A stretch of 63,463 nucleotides of DNA, the filler included, from Craspedostauros australis (lineage: Eukaryota): assembly GCA_030167865.1 (NCBI GenBank). It is 9 parts of 9 records of this genome, joined end to end, with 100 filler letters (N's around TTAATTAATTAA, not from the genome) between each part and the next. Parts side by side here need not be neighbours in the genome. Positions count along the whole stretch, not along the records: positions 26,865 to 47,444 come from JALAGF010006234.1; 8 more parts are not named here. One strand, written 5' to 3'. Under the pieces are notes generated by a model that was not told the origin of the DNA, did not search any database, and saw only the letters and a program-made list of their open reading frames with translations. Positions 28,880-41,368 of this stretch are shown one piece after another (the first letter of the stretch is position 1; each line of letters starts with the position of its first letter). Position numbers and translations under genes: made by a program.

Positions 28880-29600
28880 CACCAACTCACATCCATGCGA
28901 CTCTCCAATCCGCATCCACTCACTCTGGATGATACCCATGCAACTGTCAAGTCCACAGCTGTATCAACACCAACTCACATCCATGCGACTCTCCAATCCG
29001 CATCCGCTCACTCTGGATGACACCCATGCNNNNNNNNNNNNNNNNNNNNNNNNNNNNNNNNNNCCAACTCACATCCATGCGACTCTCCAATCCGCATCCA
29101 CTCACTCTGGATGACACCCATGCGACTGTCGAGTCCACAGCTGTATCAACACCAACCCACATCCATGCAACTCTCCAATCCGCATCCGCTCACTCTGGAT
29201 GACACCCATGCGACTGTCGAGTCCACAGCCACAGCTGTATCNNNNNNNNNNNNNNNNNNNNNNNNNNNNNNNNNNNNNNNNNNNNNNNNNNNNNNNNNNN
29301 NNNNNNNNNNNNNNNNNNNNNNNNNNNNNNNNNNNNNNNNNNNNNNNNNNNNNNNNNNNNNNNNNNNNNNNNNNNNAACACCAACTCACATCCATGCGAC
29401 TCTCCAATCCGCATCCACTCACTCTGGATGACACCCATGCGACTGTCGAGTCCACAGCCACAGCTGTATCAACACCAACTCACATCCATGCGACTCTCCA
29501 ATCCGCATCCGCTCACTCTGGATGACACCCATGCGACTGTCGAGTCCACAGCCACATCCACACCAACTCACATCCATGCAACTCTCCAATCCGCATCCAC
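28880..29600 (+). repeat. Tandem minisatellite, 88-bp unit (94-bp variant with an extra CCACAG)
   Basis: Unit ACCAACTCACATCCATGCGACTCTCCAATCCGCATCC(A/G)CTCACTCTGGATGACACCCATGCGACTGTCGAGTCCACAGCTGTATCAAC, recurring at 28881, 28969 and onwards across gaps. Degenerate precursors at ~28660-28860. Confidence 0.92.
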
Positions 29601-30959
29601 CTACTGGAGGTGGCACCCATGGGAATTTGGCTTTGTCATCGGTATATAGTCGCTTATTCACATTCATTTCACCAAGACGTTTGCATGGACTCATAGTTGA
29701 GCACATGGTTTGTCGCATGACATCTGTTTTGGATCACATTCTTTGCTCTGTGGTGTCTTCACCACTTCTACTCCATTGGATTGTGGAAGCTGTGTCGCAG
29801 TTCTGGCGTCCTCTTCCAATTTATGATTGAGTCTTCATCACATTGGTACTGCATCACATTTCATTTACTGTTTCATCTACCCACACCACATCCACTTGCA
29901 TGACATGATGTCCTTTGCATCATCACATCTCCATCCACCCACACTTCATCATATCCATGGTTCTGTCACATCACATTACATTGATCTTATGATGCACCAC
30001 ATTTTGCCATACCTATGGCACTTGTCGTTGAGGTTTGGTGCTCCAGTGTGGAACTTGTGATGTGGGACAGTTTGGTCCAGAACAACATTGCAATCCATCC
30101 AAAAAACTATCATGCTATGTAGCAGCACCAGATGATTCGAAAAGGAGAAGAAGTGTGCCTTGTGAACACCTCACTGGCGATGTATAGGAATATTGGGTGT
30201 ACATTGAAATTGACTTTAGATTTAACATCATTTTTGTTGATATCGTGAGTTGGTGTGCTCCCCCAAACTATGGAGGGCATCATGCTGCTGTCACTTCGCC
30301 ATACAAGATGTGCGCCATCATGTCATTCCACCTGGGTGCCACATTGTCTCCGTATACCCCATATGTATCCATCCCTGACAAATATGCACTGTTGTATCTC
30401 AATTCAGTGCACATTGTCAGCACACAGTTGAAAACCAACATGTTTGGCAATGAAGGTCGATCCGGAGGCGGCTGCTGTGCTGGATCATATCTCTTGCTCG
30501 CAACCATGTCAGTTCTCCTCATGCAGCACACCTCAGTATCTGATGTATTGAGGACACCCCGATGTATCCCAAATTGCCCCAAGTCACATCTCTGCAATTC
30601 AATCCATCCTGATGCTGGTGCCATTGTCAGTTGTCTGTCATGTCAATAACATGCATTTGCTGCATTTGATCGATTGCAACCTCTTCCATTCAATAAATCC
30701 AGTCCCCACTTCTCCATCCCATTCGTGGCTTGATGCTTCATATAGCTTGCATGGGTGGGTTGGCGATGTGGTGGATGTTCATATGCACCATCACACCAGC
30801 AAAAGTCATGTGATAGGTGCTTCACCATCCCTCGGAAACCGATTGTCCTCCGCTGGTTCCTTTCTGTCAATACTTTCCGCGCAGCCTTTCAACCTCCAAC
30901 TTCGTAGGAACCTCCAACTTTATTCCTTTGATGCGTCCTGCTCATCCATAGTTGTCGGA

Positions 30960-32127
30960 ATGTCAATGTGGAGGTGGGTCGTCTGGCGGGCGCGGCAAGA
31001 GTGTCCTTGCCAGAGGAGCACGTCTACAGGGGTTATATATGGGGAGCAAGTGTCATTTCATCGTCAGTTCAAGCTGATGTTGGTACGGTTTGCCAGTGTT
31101 TCGGAGCAGCAAGCAGCCCTGGAGGCCATTGGGCTCCTGCAGGCAAGGCGAGTGCTCCATCACGGCAACCAGGTACATTGGGCAGCCGTCGCAGGAGCAT
31201 TGCAAGGCCTTGACCACACAAAGAAGATTCTCTCAATCAAGCTCATAGCCGGAGAGGCGGCTACAGGCCAACACATGAACCGATGGAGCCTGTGCGACTC
31301 TGATAAGTGTCCCAATTGTGGGAAACGGGAGAGCAGTGAGCACTTTTGGGAGTGCAGAGACCGGGCGAGAGTGCAAGCGGCGACCAGACACATGGCGAGC
31401 ATATGCGGCTGGATGCAGAAATATCCCACAAGCCTGGGCGTCATGCAGGCGATAGTTTCGGCGCTGTGCAGCCAAATCAGCAGCATGGTCCTGTTACGTC
31501 TGGCGGATATGAGTGTGTGGGCATGCAGACAGCGGTAGGAAGCCAGCAGTCCATAGGAGCGACGGCCTTGCGGAAGGGTTTGCTCTCCGAACAATGGAGT
31601 ATCCTCCAAGGTGAATTTCTGAAAAGTCAGGACACGAAAAAACAGCCAGAAAGTGGTCAGCACAACTCATTCGACGAATCTGGAAAATAGCGTGGGAGCA
31701 ATGGCAGCTTCGGAACGAAGCGCAGTTTCATCAAGAAGACTCGGCCGAAGCCGAAATCGAGCAAGCTTTGCAGCAGCGAGTAGCTTCAGTTCGGCGTCGC
31801 CTCGAGGAAGTTCAGCCAAGCCACGAGCGGATGGTCCGCACAGCTCCAGGAAGGGAGGCGCTGGTGCAACAGGCTGCGGTTTGGCTGGAGCAGGCTGCAC
31901 GAATATTGGCGGAGCTGATTGCCCATGGTACATTGCTCCGCTGGATTCAATACAAGCAGCACGCCCAGCCCGATCCCGGTGGAAGTTAGCAGGGTCGCCG
32001 AGGGAGCTCGTCCAGCGTCAGGATGCACATCAAATACGTACTACAGATTCCGTGCTCTCTTCCCGCACGGCAGGAAGTTGCAAAGAGGCGGAGCAAAGCA
32101 CCTATGACGCAGATGCCAAGGAGCTAA
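30960..32127 (+). pseudogene. Decayed 3' end of a non-LTR retrotransposon ORF (post-RNase H zinc-knuckle region), Ambal-like
   Basis: VHWAAV..AL, KLIAGEAATGQHMNRW, CPNCGKRESSEHFWEC (CxxC..H...C), continuing through frameshifts (QQSIG, WEQWQLRNEAQFH). Confidence 0.72.
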
Positions 32128-33873
32128 TCTAATCTTTGCATTTTAATTATTATCAGAGTTGTTGCAATGACTTGTGTCATCCACACACAGCCGGTATCCA
32201 ACATGCAAANNNNNNNNNNNNNNNNNNNNNNNNNNNNNNNNNNNNNNNNNNNNNNNNNNNNNNNNNNNNNNNNNNNNNNNNNNNNNNNNNNNNNNNNNNN
32301 NNNNNNNNNNNNNNNNNNNNNNNNNNNNNNNNNNNNNNNNNNNNNNNNNNNNNNNNNNNNNNNNNNNNNNNNNNNNNNNNNNNNNNNNNCTGGATTGATT
32401 CCCCCATTGTCATTTGCAGACTGAGTACGGTGCAGTTGTGCCTGCTCGTCCTCACGCATTGACTTGGCTTGTTGTGGTGGATGCCGAACGGCGGATGTGT
32501 TGGATTTTTGCACAAGACGGAGGCAGCTCCGGAGAACGAAGAAAAGTGGATGCGCGACCCATAATTCGTTTGATTGGCTGATGCTGTTTGTCATCCGTGT
32601 CGAACGTGTACCGGTGACAGAATGGGCCGCGAATACAGCAGAGTTGGCATCGTAACGTCAAATCGTCGCCGTTAACCGCCGGTGAAATCAACGGACACAA
32701 GGGATCGAGCACTGAGCAAAGCGATGACAGAACAACGGTAATTGTACGAGGCTTGTTTGAGACACGCACGATAGAAGACCATGTGTGGCACATGTATCGG
32801 AGCTCATGTTTTACAAAACTTTGTCAAGTCCATAGACATCCACACGTTCCACACACAGGATCCAAGCCTCATCTTCGACGGCGGAGGTCTGTCCGTCGAG
32901 GGGTGATACACGACCAATGTCGCAACAACCAACCACCAAAAGGCACGACACGACACCAACACCGACGATCAGCACAAGCATGCCACACAACAACACGAAG
33001 AACCGCGAAGAGAAATGATTCAGGTAGACGCTCTCTNNNNNNNNNNNNNNNNNNNNNNNNNNNNNNNNNNNNNNNNNNNNNNNNNNACGTGTACCGGTGA
33101 CAGAATGGGCCGCGAATACAGCAGAGTTGGCATCGTAACGTCAAATCGTCGCCGTTAACCGCCGGTGAAAACAACGGACACAAGGGATCGAGCACTGAGC
33201 AAAGCGATGACAGAACAACGGTAATTGTACGAGGTTTGTTTGAGACACGCACGAAAGAAGATCATGTGTGGCACATGTATCGGAGCTCATGTTTTACAAA
33301 ACTTTGTCAAGTCCATAGACATCCACACGTTCCACACACAGGATCCAAGGCTCATCTTCGATGGCTGAGGTCTGTCCTTCGAGGGGTGATACACGACCAA
33401 TGTCGCAACAACCAACCACCAAAAGGCACAACGCGACACCAACACCGACGATCAGCACAAGGATGCCACACAACAACACGAAGAACCGCGAAGAGAAATG
33501 GCGCAGGTAGACGCTCTCTAGACGCAAACCGCTGCAATGTAAACGTCAAACTAAAGGCGAGCCGATGACAATCAAAGTGTATCTACCACCAATTCTGATA
33601 TAGTTGCATACGACGAATACGGTGGATCAATTTCCATTGGCATTGAAGCATTGTATGCAATAGTGTAAAATACATGGTCACATCAAGTGCTGCGTGTGCA
33701 TGTGTTGCAATTTTGGCACTAGTCTGTAAAGCACAGGAACCAGAAGTAAATTTGCGGTTGCAACGTCCGTATGCATCGCGTAGAGCAAAAACCGTGTTGT
33801 TTTGACGCAGTGGGGTGTCATGTTTGCGTTGGGGTCTGTTTTTTTGGGATTTTGACCCCCTCTGAGGGGCCGG

Positions 33874-33990
33874 AATTCTGCCTTTAAAGGCAGGCCTGCC
33901 TTTAAAGGCAGAATTGGCCCTCTGCGAACCCCCCGATCTGCCTTTAAAAGCAGGCGCGCTAAGAACACCGTGAAACAAAACTCACCATGG
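33874..33990 (-). mobile_element. DNA transposon terminus (5'-CCATGGTGAGTTTTGTTT on minus strand, flanked by ATAT at 33991-33994) with subterminal palindrome array
   Basis: Matches the terminus at 55173 (ATAT|CCACGGTGATTTTTTGTT). Perfect 42-bp palindrome at 33874-33915, with a third CTGCCTTTAAAAGCAG unit at ~33938. Confidence 0.7.
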
Positions 33991-36058
33991 ATATGTGTCG
34001 CGGATCTATGGATTCTCGCAATTGCTCTGTGAGGGGCTTGTACATGTATTAAATCCTGAATGCTTGCTCGATTGCACGTTCGGTCGGTTGCACAGAAGCG
34101 GGATAGATCGACACAGACAGAGTGGGCGGCTCGTTGGGAGAGTTGGGTTGCGTTCCATCGAGCTCTTGTGGGCGGCGTGGATACTGGTGGCGGTGCATGA
34201 CTTCAGGTCACGAAGGATAACTGCCGGTGACTTGCGCTGATGCAGGGCGACTAAGTAGTATGGTACGAGTACGCGAGGCGATGCATAGTATCAGAATACT
34301 CTAGCCAGTTGTCGCCTTCATTCATTGCACAAGCACAATTGCCACGGGTGCGCTCTTGTAGGCATGGAGGATCTGCCTCCCTCTCGCATCCCAGCTGTGC
34401 AAGTGTGGGCTACGAGAACTCTGTGAGTGTTCTTGGTCTATTCTATTATACGATCTACTGGTACCACGCGCCGCTGAGCCAACATTCAAGATCCACGTCC
34501 AATAATCCAGTCGCTGCGTAGACACGCTCGTGTAGTACATTCGACGACGAAGATAGCTGTGTGTCGACACGCATTTTCGGAGAGTATGTCAATGCCATTG
34601 CACAAGGAAATCTGACGGAGATCGCTGTACCACGTTCTCGCCACTACAGACTCTGTGTGCGAGTACCAACACGCGTGTGCACATCTCAATATTCACGTAT
34701 CGTTTGCCTTAGCATGGTGCAATGTCGACCACGTCTAGAGATCTCAAGTCACTCACTCTAGCCTTCATTGGACCGTAGTGAAGAGGCCGTTGAGACCTGT
34801 TCTCGTGACTGTTGACAAACAAACAAAAAGCCGTGAAGAATAGCACAATGCCCGTGACAACTTCTAGAGAGTCCTTGTGCACACACAGTAGCCTCGGAGA
34901 GAGTCCTAGTTGCGAAACATGATCACTCTGCACACAGCGACTGAATGGGATTGCCGCCAGCACAGAAGCACAGACACAACACACATCCGGGCAGAAAATG
35001 GACAGAACCGACACACCAACACACACGACCTCTCTCTCTCTCTTGCTCTCTCGACAAAGGAACACAAAGGCATCTCTGACGGTGATGAAAGTCTTCGGTT
35101 TCCGACGTGCCGACGATGCGCTGGAGATGATACTCAATTCGGATCAACATGCGTGTGGGACACAGGAAGATTGCACAGAATGTTGCATTGAAGGATGCAT
35201 GGGGAATGGGATGCAGAAGTGCCGACCACGAAGCACGAAGCAGACCAACGAGATCCTGTTTGCCGTCACAGGCAGTCAGATTTATTGGACCAGCATCACT
35301 CGACTGTGCCCAGACCATCAAGATCGACTTGAAGATACTTTATATCCCCATGTTGGGATCGGATCTGCGCCTCTTCCGTCCGGAATCGGGATGTTAGCCA
35401 AGCTGAAGTCAAAGTCGACCGGCTGGCTATGTGGAGACGGTACGCACGAGTACTCTGAAAGCGGTTCGTTGTCTGGACCAAAGTCAAGTTGCATCGCTTC
35501 GTGCTCCCAAGGATCTCATCCTTCTCAGATTTGTGCCTTTGATGCATGGTTCTTCCTGCTTTCGCCAACATGCAACGGTCGCACTTTGGCATACTCTTTT
35601 CCTGCTTTCACACATGTGCAAGGTTGCATGTTGAGGGAAAACGTTTCCCGGTGCCACCAACAAGCAGATGACACGCCATTGAGATTTATGGTCGGGATGA
35701 GCAGCAGTTGTCTGCTTTCCTTGGTATCCGAATGTTGGCAGGGGCCGATGAAGCCCTCTGCTTGATGCGTTAACACCAGCTGCGAAGGGAGGGCGAGGAT
35801 GGACGTCATGGGTCGATGTCGAAGAAAACGACGAGGAGAAACAAGCCGAAACAAAATCCGGAACAGCTCTTTGGCACAGACGGTTGCTACCGAGCCTCGC
35901 CCCAGCGTCCATTCGCGACGAATACAGAATGAGCGTGCTGTTCTGTTCTGTGTCGTCTCATTCCATCACATCCAAACCAAAGGCTCACAATTCCAACCTG
36001 GATCATCTTCGAAAGCATCAGCAACAACAACAACAACAACAACAAACCAACACGGACC

Positions 36059-38505
36059 ATGACCTTGCCTTCGACCATCAGCGGTCGCCTCATCGGCCTT
36101 GTATCGCTCGCCTGCCTCGTGCTTGCGAGTGGCAGCATGGGCGTCCAAGCCGCCAACACCAATCAAGGGCAACCGGTAAGTTCATTGTCACATAGGCCGC
36201 ACAGTGTCGGACAACGAGGCTGAGGTATGGCGGCTGCGATTTTCAGCCGGTTGGTATTGCTATGCCTCCTCTGTTCATCGATCTTTGAGGAGGGACCTGT
36301 TTGACTTGGGCACCGTGGTTACAACCCTACTCACACAAAATGAGCCAATCCATCACCTTCCCTTGTCTCCAACGATAATTGTGCAATGCAATCGCACACC
36401 GCAATTGTCCAATCGAATAGAGCGACTACCCGCTCAAATCATGCAGCCAAGAGCAAGCCAAGCTCATCTTTCCAGGCTTAACTGCGGCGATCTCGGCACG
36501 CAAAGGAGCGGTCGAGGCAGTGTGGCCCCCTGCTGAGTTTCATGACGCCGCTTATGACTTCAATGGTGAGGAATGCGAAGACATCACATACGAGGCATTC
36601 GTCGTGGAGGGTGCCATGAACTTCGCAGATGCCTCGCTTGAAGATCTTCGTGCGGATGAGTCAGTGTACAACCACGAAACTACTGAACTGTTCCACGTCG
36701 TCGAAAACCTCAAGGTTGGAGCCCATCACAGTCTGCTCGTCGTTGCTAAAGTTGGCGATGACTGGGTGTCTTCAAACCGAGAATTCCGCCCAGTGCAGAT
36801 CTCGACAGTCGACCCTGTGTTGAACCAACGCAAGAACGTGATCTACTTGGAAGAAGACACGGACTATGTGTGGAGCGTGAAGGAGGGTGACGAGGTCTTC
36901 ATTAACTTTCCAGAGAGCCAAAGCGGATCATTTAAGGAGGGAGACTGGATCACAGGCAACGACAGGGACGGCGAGCCTTACATCGTCAACCTAATCTCAG
37001 TGCTGGACACAGACAGTACGAGCGGAGAATCCAGCTCGGGTATAGTCGCCTGGAGGGCGAAGACTGGAACCCTTTCGGATATCTACGATCTGCTCGACAT
37101 GTCTTCGGTCGTAAAGGTGCCGAAAGATCCGGGAGACAGTGATGGTAGCGGCGGCGGCGGTGGCACTTTGCAATCTCGCATTGAATACTTGTCCGCCGCT
37201 CATTTCACTTTCCAGGTCGAGAAGAGCGAGAGCATTGGGCACATCGACATCGACTACTCCGTTGAGTTCAGCTTTTGGCTGGATTCTCACGTGAGCATGG
37301 GGGTGCATTGGTATGGAAAGCCTCATTTCGATGCATCGGTCGCAGTCTCCGTCGTCCTCGAACAAACGGCATCGCTCACAGTCACAGAGTCCATATCCTC
37401 TGACTTCTCCAAAACCATCGCATTGCACAAATGGAAGGGCAGATGGGTCACATTTGTGGTGGGTGGAGTTCCGGTGAGCATCAAAGTCACTCCCATCACT
37501 GACCTCGTTCTTGAAGCCGAAGCGAATCTTGAAGCAAGCTTTGAGGTATCTGCTACGTCGCGAGACGAATTCGATTGGCAAGCCAGCTACGTGCTTGGGA
37601 AAGGATGGGGCCCAGGCGCAAAGAGCCCAGACCCAGAGAGGCACTTCAACTACGATATCAGTGCCAGTGCATCGCTGGACCTTTATGGGGGGTTGCGACT
37701 GGGAGCCGATGTGGCACTCTATGGAGTCCTCGGGCTAGCTCCTTTCGTTGAAGCTGGACCGAAGCTTTCTATCGAGGCCGCAAGCACCCCAAAGGAACTG
37801 TTGTTGCCGTCGCATCATGATCATTCCATCAATGAACTCTTCCATTTCACCAAATTCGATGTCGACCTAGGCTACGCGATCGGAGCAATTGCGGCAATCC
37901 AGATCAACCTCAATGTCTTCGGCTTCAAACTTGTGAACTATTACCGCGAACATATCTTCAAGTATTCAAAAGACATCGCCCTCTCCAAACTCCCGACCGT
38001 AAAGTTCGTTGCCACCACCAGTCACCTCTGCTCAGGACAGCACCTGACACATCTTGAGATTGAGATTGAGGAGACCGATTTCAGTGGCTTAGTCTCAAAC
38101 AAACTCGGGAGTCAGCACAAGTTCGCCCTTGCACCAGCAGGCATTTGGGAGATTGAAAAAGAGAGCAAAAACCCAACGACAGTGAGCCTGATAGTGCCAG
38201 ATTCAGCGGCGAAGACTCCTTTCTCCGATCGTCGTCTTTCCTCGGGTGACCAGACTCTGTACTTTGCGGCCAATGCGGCCATTCCACCTCTTCCGTTCCC
38301 TTTTCTTCTCTTTGCTCAAGATCTGAAGGACATTCAAGGGCAGCTGGGTGCTGCATACGGCTCCGAATGCTGCAATAACAGTGACTGTGAGCGGCATTTT
38401 TTCTGCGTACTATTCAAATGTATTCCCCTCAGTCTAAGATCGAAGTGCCCTGACGGTGAGATTTGCCATCAAGAGGAAGGCAATGATTCTAATCCTGAAT
38501 TGTGA
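36059..38505 (+). CDS. Secreted beta-rich protein, paralog A; exons 36059-36175 and 36421-38505
   Basis: Exon 1 encodes a signal peptide (MTLPSTISGRLIGLVSLACLVLASG). Phase-0 intron GTAAG...TAG. FN3-like N-terminal segment (WPPA...ITYE...LLVVAK), long beta-strand-rich region, C-terminal ECCNNSDC...C...C motif. Colinear with 41369-46139. Confidence 0.82.
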
Positions 38506-41368
38506 AGACCTGGGCTTGACCCTGAACCGATCGCTTGAGCTCTTGCGTTTGCACTCTTTTGGATTTGGATTGAGCCACCAATTGCCCAACACCCAGAGGC
38601 AAAGGCAGATCCACCACGACGAACTCCATTCGTCCACATCCAAGAAGAGTAAAGTAGTGGTAACACATATCCACACACATATTCTACTATTGTCCGATTG
38701 TACAGCGTTCGATTGATCTTGTTTTGTCTTCGGCTGAGCTTGTTATTCGCCGAGAGGCATGGTATGTGCATACGGTGGCTGGCCTCTCGTGGATGCATTT
38801 TCGCGAGATCGTGTTTGTTGTGTTGTTTGTGCCATTCATTTTTCCGATCGCCACCCACACGATAATGCTGTTTGCGGTCTCGCTAGAGACGCTTATCTCA
38901 TTGTCCACCCTTCACCAAGTAGAGCAGCAGATACGTAGCGATGATGTAGCTAATTATCTTCTAGGTGAGACATGACTTCCCGCCAATTGAACAGAAGTGC
39001 GACAAATCCACAACGACAAACCAACGCTCACATCTTCACTCAAAACTGCGGAACCAACAACAGGCAAAATAAAAGGAACGCAGTCCGCCGCCAAGCGTGG
39101 AAGACGGAGACGGTGCCAAGTCAATCATTGAAGCAAGGAAGACATATAAGTGGTTGACGTTTACAATGGGCAGCGACCGCGCTGGCAGCAATAGATGCCT
39201 CTACGATCGGCTGCGATGCGTTGGGACCACCACTTTCGTTGATCACATGTACCCTTGTTTGTGCGATGGTCTGATTGGAGCATGAACGAGCAGAACATGC
39301 CCGGCATCATCCACGCCGTCCAAAGTGAGCGCAAACCTGCGGCATCAGCTAGATCAACAAAATGCGCAAGTATTCCAACGAAGATAATGATGGACAACGC
39401 AACGACGCAAGTAGCAATGATGTCATGACCGGCACATGTATTTGTGGCGGAACCATTCCAACGCAATGCCCTCTCAATACCCTCTCGCAGCATGAAGAGA
39501 CAGTGGGCGGGGCATCACCTGCGACATCATGCAATAGCGATGCGGCATTGGAAACCACGGACCCCCAACGTGCGTAATCGCATGGCTGTCAATCACTGCG
39601 CTCTTGATTGCAACGGTGAAAACGAAACGTACGCGCGGGTGTCGGTGAATGCCTGCGACATGCGTACAAAGCAGCTTCGAATTTGGAATGAGTAGGTTGT
39701 GAAGTAGACAGAGAGGCAGAGGTGATGGTGATAAAGCACTCATTCAGGTCTCGAAAGTGATGCAGGCCGCCCAAATCATAACTGGAGGGGGATTGCTCGT
39801 TCGATGGAGTGCGACTATTCGTGGCCTCCAAAAGATGAGCGCGTAGCAACCGCGACGAATCTCCGCGGAGCTTGGGAACATTTTGTGTGAGCACAAATGA
39901 CATTATTGGGTGTGTCCGGTGACGTCATTCCATCCAAAAAGCACTTCAGCAGTCTCTGGTTGCGCAGTCGTGCTTATCAAAGTGGTCGGAATAATGAACT
40001 GTGATGATCGGGAGACGATACGAGTAGTGTGTGTGTGTGTGTGATGTGAAGTTATTATGACTCGTCTCTGTTGTCTCTGCTGAGGCTGTGAACAGGGGTT
40101 CATTTGCTGCTCCGTCTGGCCTTCGACCGTATACCAACATGAACATCGTATTTTGCTTTTAGCTACCATCTTCGTTTGTGAGAAGTGGTGACGACATCGG
40201 CAACCAAGAACAAACTCCAAACAGAAGATCACAAAAAGATCCTCGCACAGAGACAGATGCCCTGCTTCGACGACCACCCCCGGCAGAGGAGAGGCCATGG
40301 CGGCGGCCTTGGCTGCGTCAGTTCTGCGGTCGGGACCAAGTTGGAATGAAGGCGGCACGCATTGGGTGGGAACACCAAGCTCTGAACGATGGGATTTATG
40401 AAGCCAGACGAGCATGCCCTTGAAGCCGGCCCAAGATCCGTGCATCGCTCGACTGAGTTCAAGATCGACTCCTCGGGCTTGGGTATTGCTCCAGAGACAC
40501 GTCCAAAGTGCATGTGAGCCCAAGATACTTGCAGGAGTCGATTCCAAATTCGGGCACCTGCTCTTGCTTTACAATCTTGCCATTCGCGGATTCCGATGGT
40601 CGACAAATGATTTCTTTGTCAACACAACTTGGCAAGATGTCACCATGTTGGAACTTATTGCAACGATGAGGAACTGCTGCAAACTATGCTGGCGATTGGA
40701 TACGGACACAGTGACGCACCCATGGCAACGGGAGGATACTCCAACGAGATGGTAACATGTCAAACATACGTAGAAGACAGAGATGGATTGAAGGTTTCGT
40801 TCGCTGCGGCGATCTTTGCACAGGTCCTCAATCGAGACAATGATGAGCAAGCAAACGCCGCTCGATGAAGCAGTTCCGATTCTGCGTCCACACACCACGG
40901 TACCATACCGCATCAGTCTTCACCACTTTCCACCTCAGCTCGATAAATGTCGTCGACGATCCGCAGCGACAACGTCGTGGCAGCAGTGTTGCCGTTGCCG
41001 TATTTATGAGATCAAGCACCCACCGGTTCCGATACCGCAACTATCACTCGATCATCTTCAGCAAATCCCATGCTCGTCTGGAAAGAAGGAAATTATGCAC
41101 CACGATGACAGCACCAATGTTCATAGCGACGATGGCGGTGACGACAGCATCAGCGATTGCCGAAGGAACTCAAGCAGCAATGTTGGCAGCAATGTTGGCA
41201 GAAACAACCGTAGTGCCAACTACGGTAGCAACTGTGGTGCCGACGGCGGCGGTAGACCCGACGGAGTTGCTTTCATGAAATTCAAACCAAAGGTTCACAA
41301 TTCCAAATTGGATCATCTTCACAAGTATCAGCAACACAACCAATCAACGAGTACGGCATCGAGCAACC

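Noticed and set aside
28880..29600. Regular repeat that could be mistaken for a CRISPR array
   Set aside because: Units are contiguous and near-identical with no unique spacers, there are no cas genes, and the context is eukaryotic.
33965..33972. CACCGTG / CACGGTG heptamers resembling RAG/Transib RSS ends
   Set aside because: The better-supported boundary is the ATAT-flanked CCAYGGTGA end at 33990/55173, there is no nonamer at 12/23 spacing, and the linked transposase is not Transib-like.
34000..35900. Several 80-255 aa ORFs, including 34998-35765
   Set aside because: No recognisable motifs, coherent codon pattern or splice model. Left unannotated.
38600..41280. Short ORFs between the two secreted paralogs
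   Set aside because: No supportable product. May include decayed coding sequence, but nothing I can identify.
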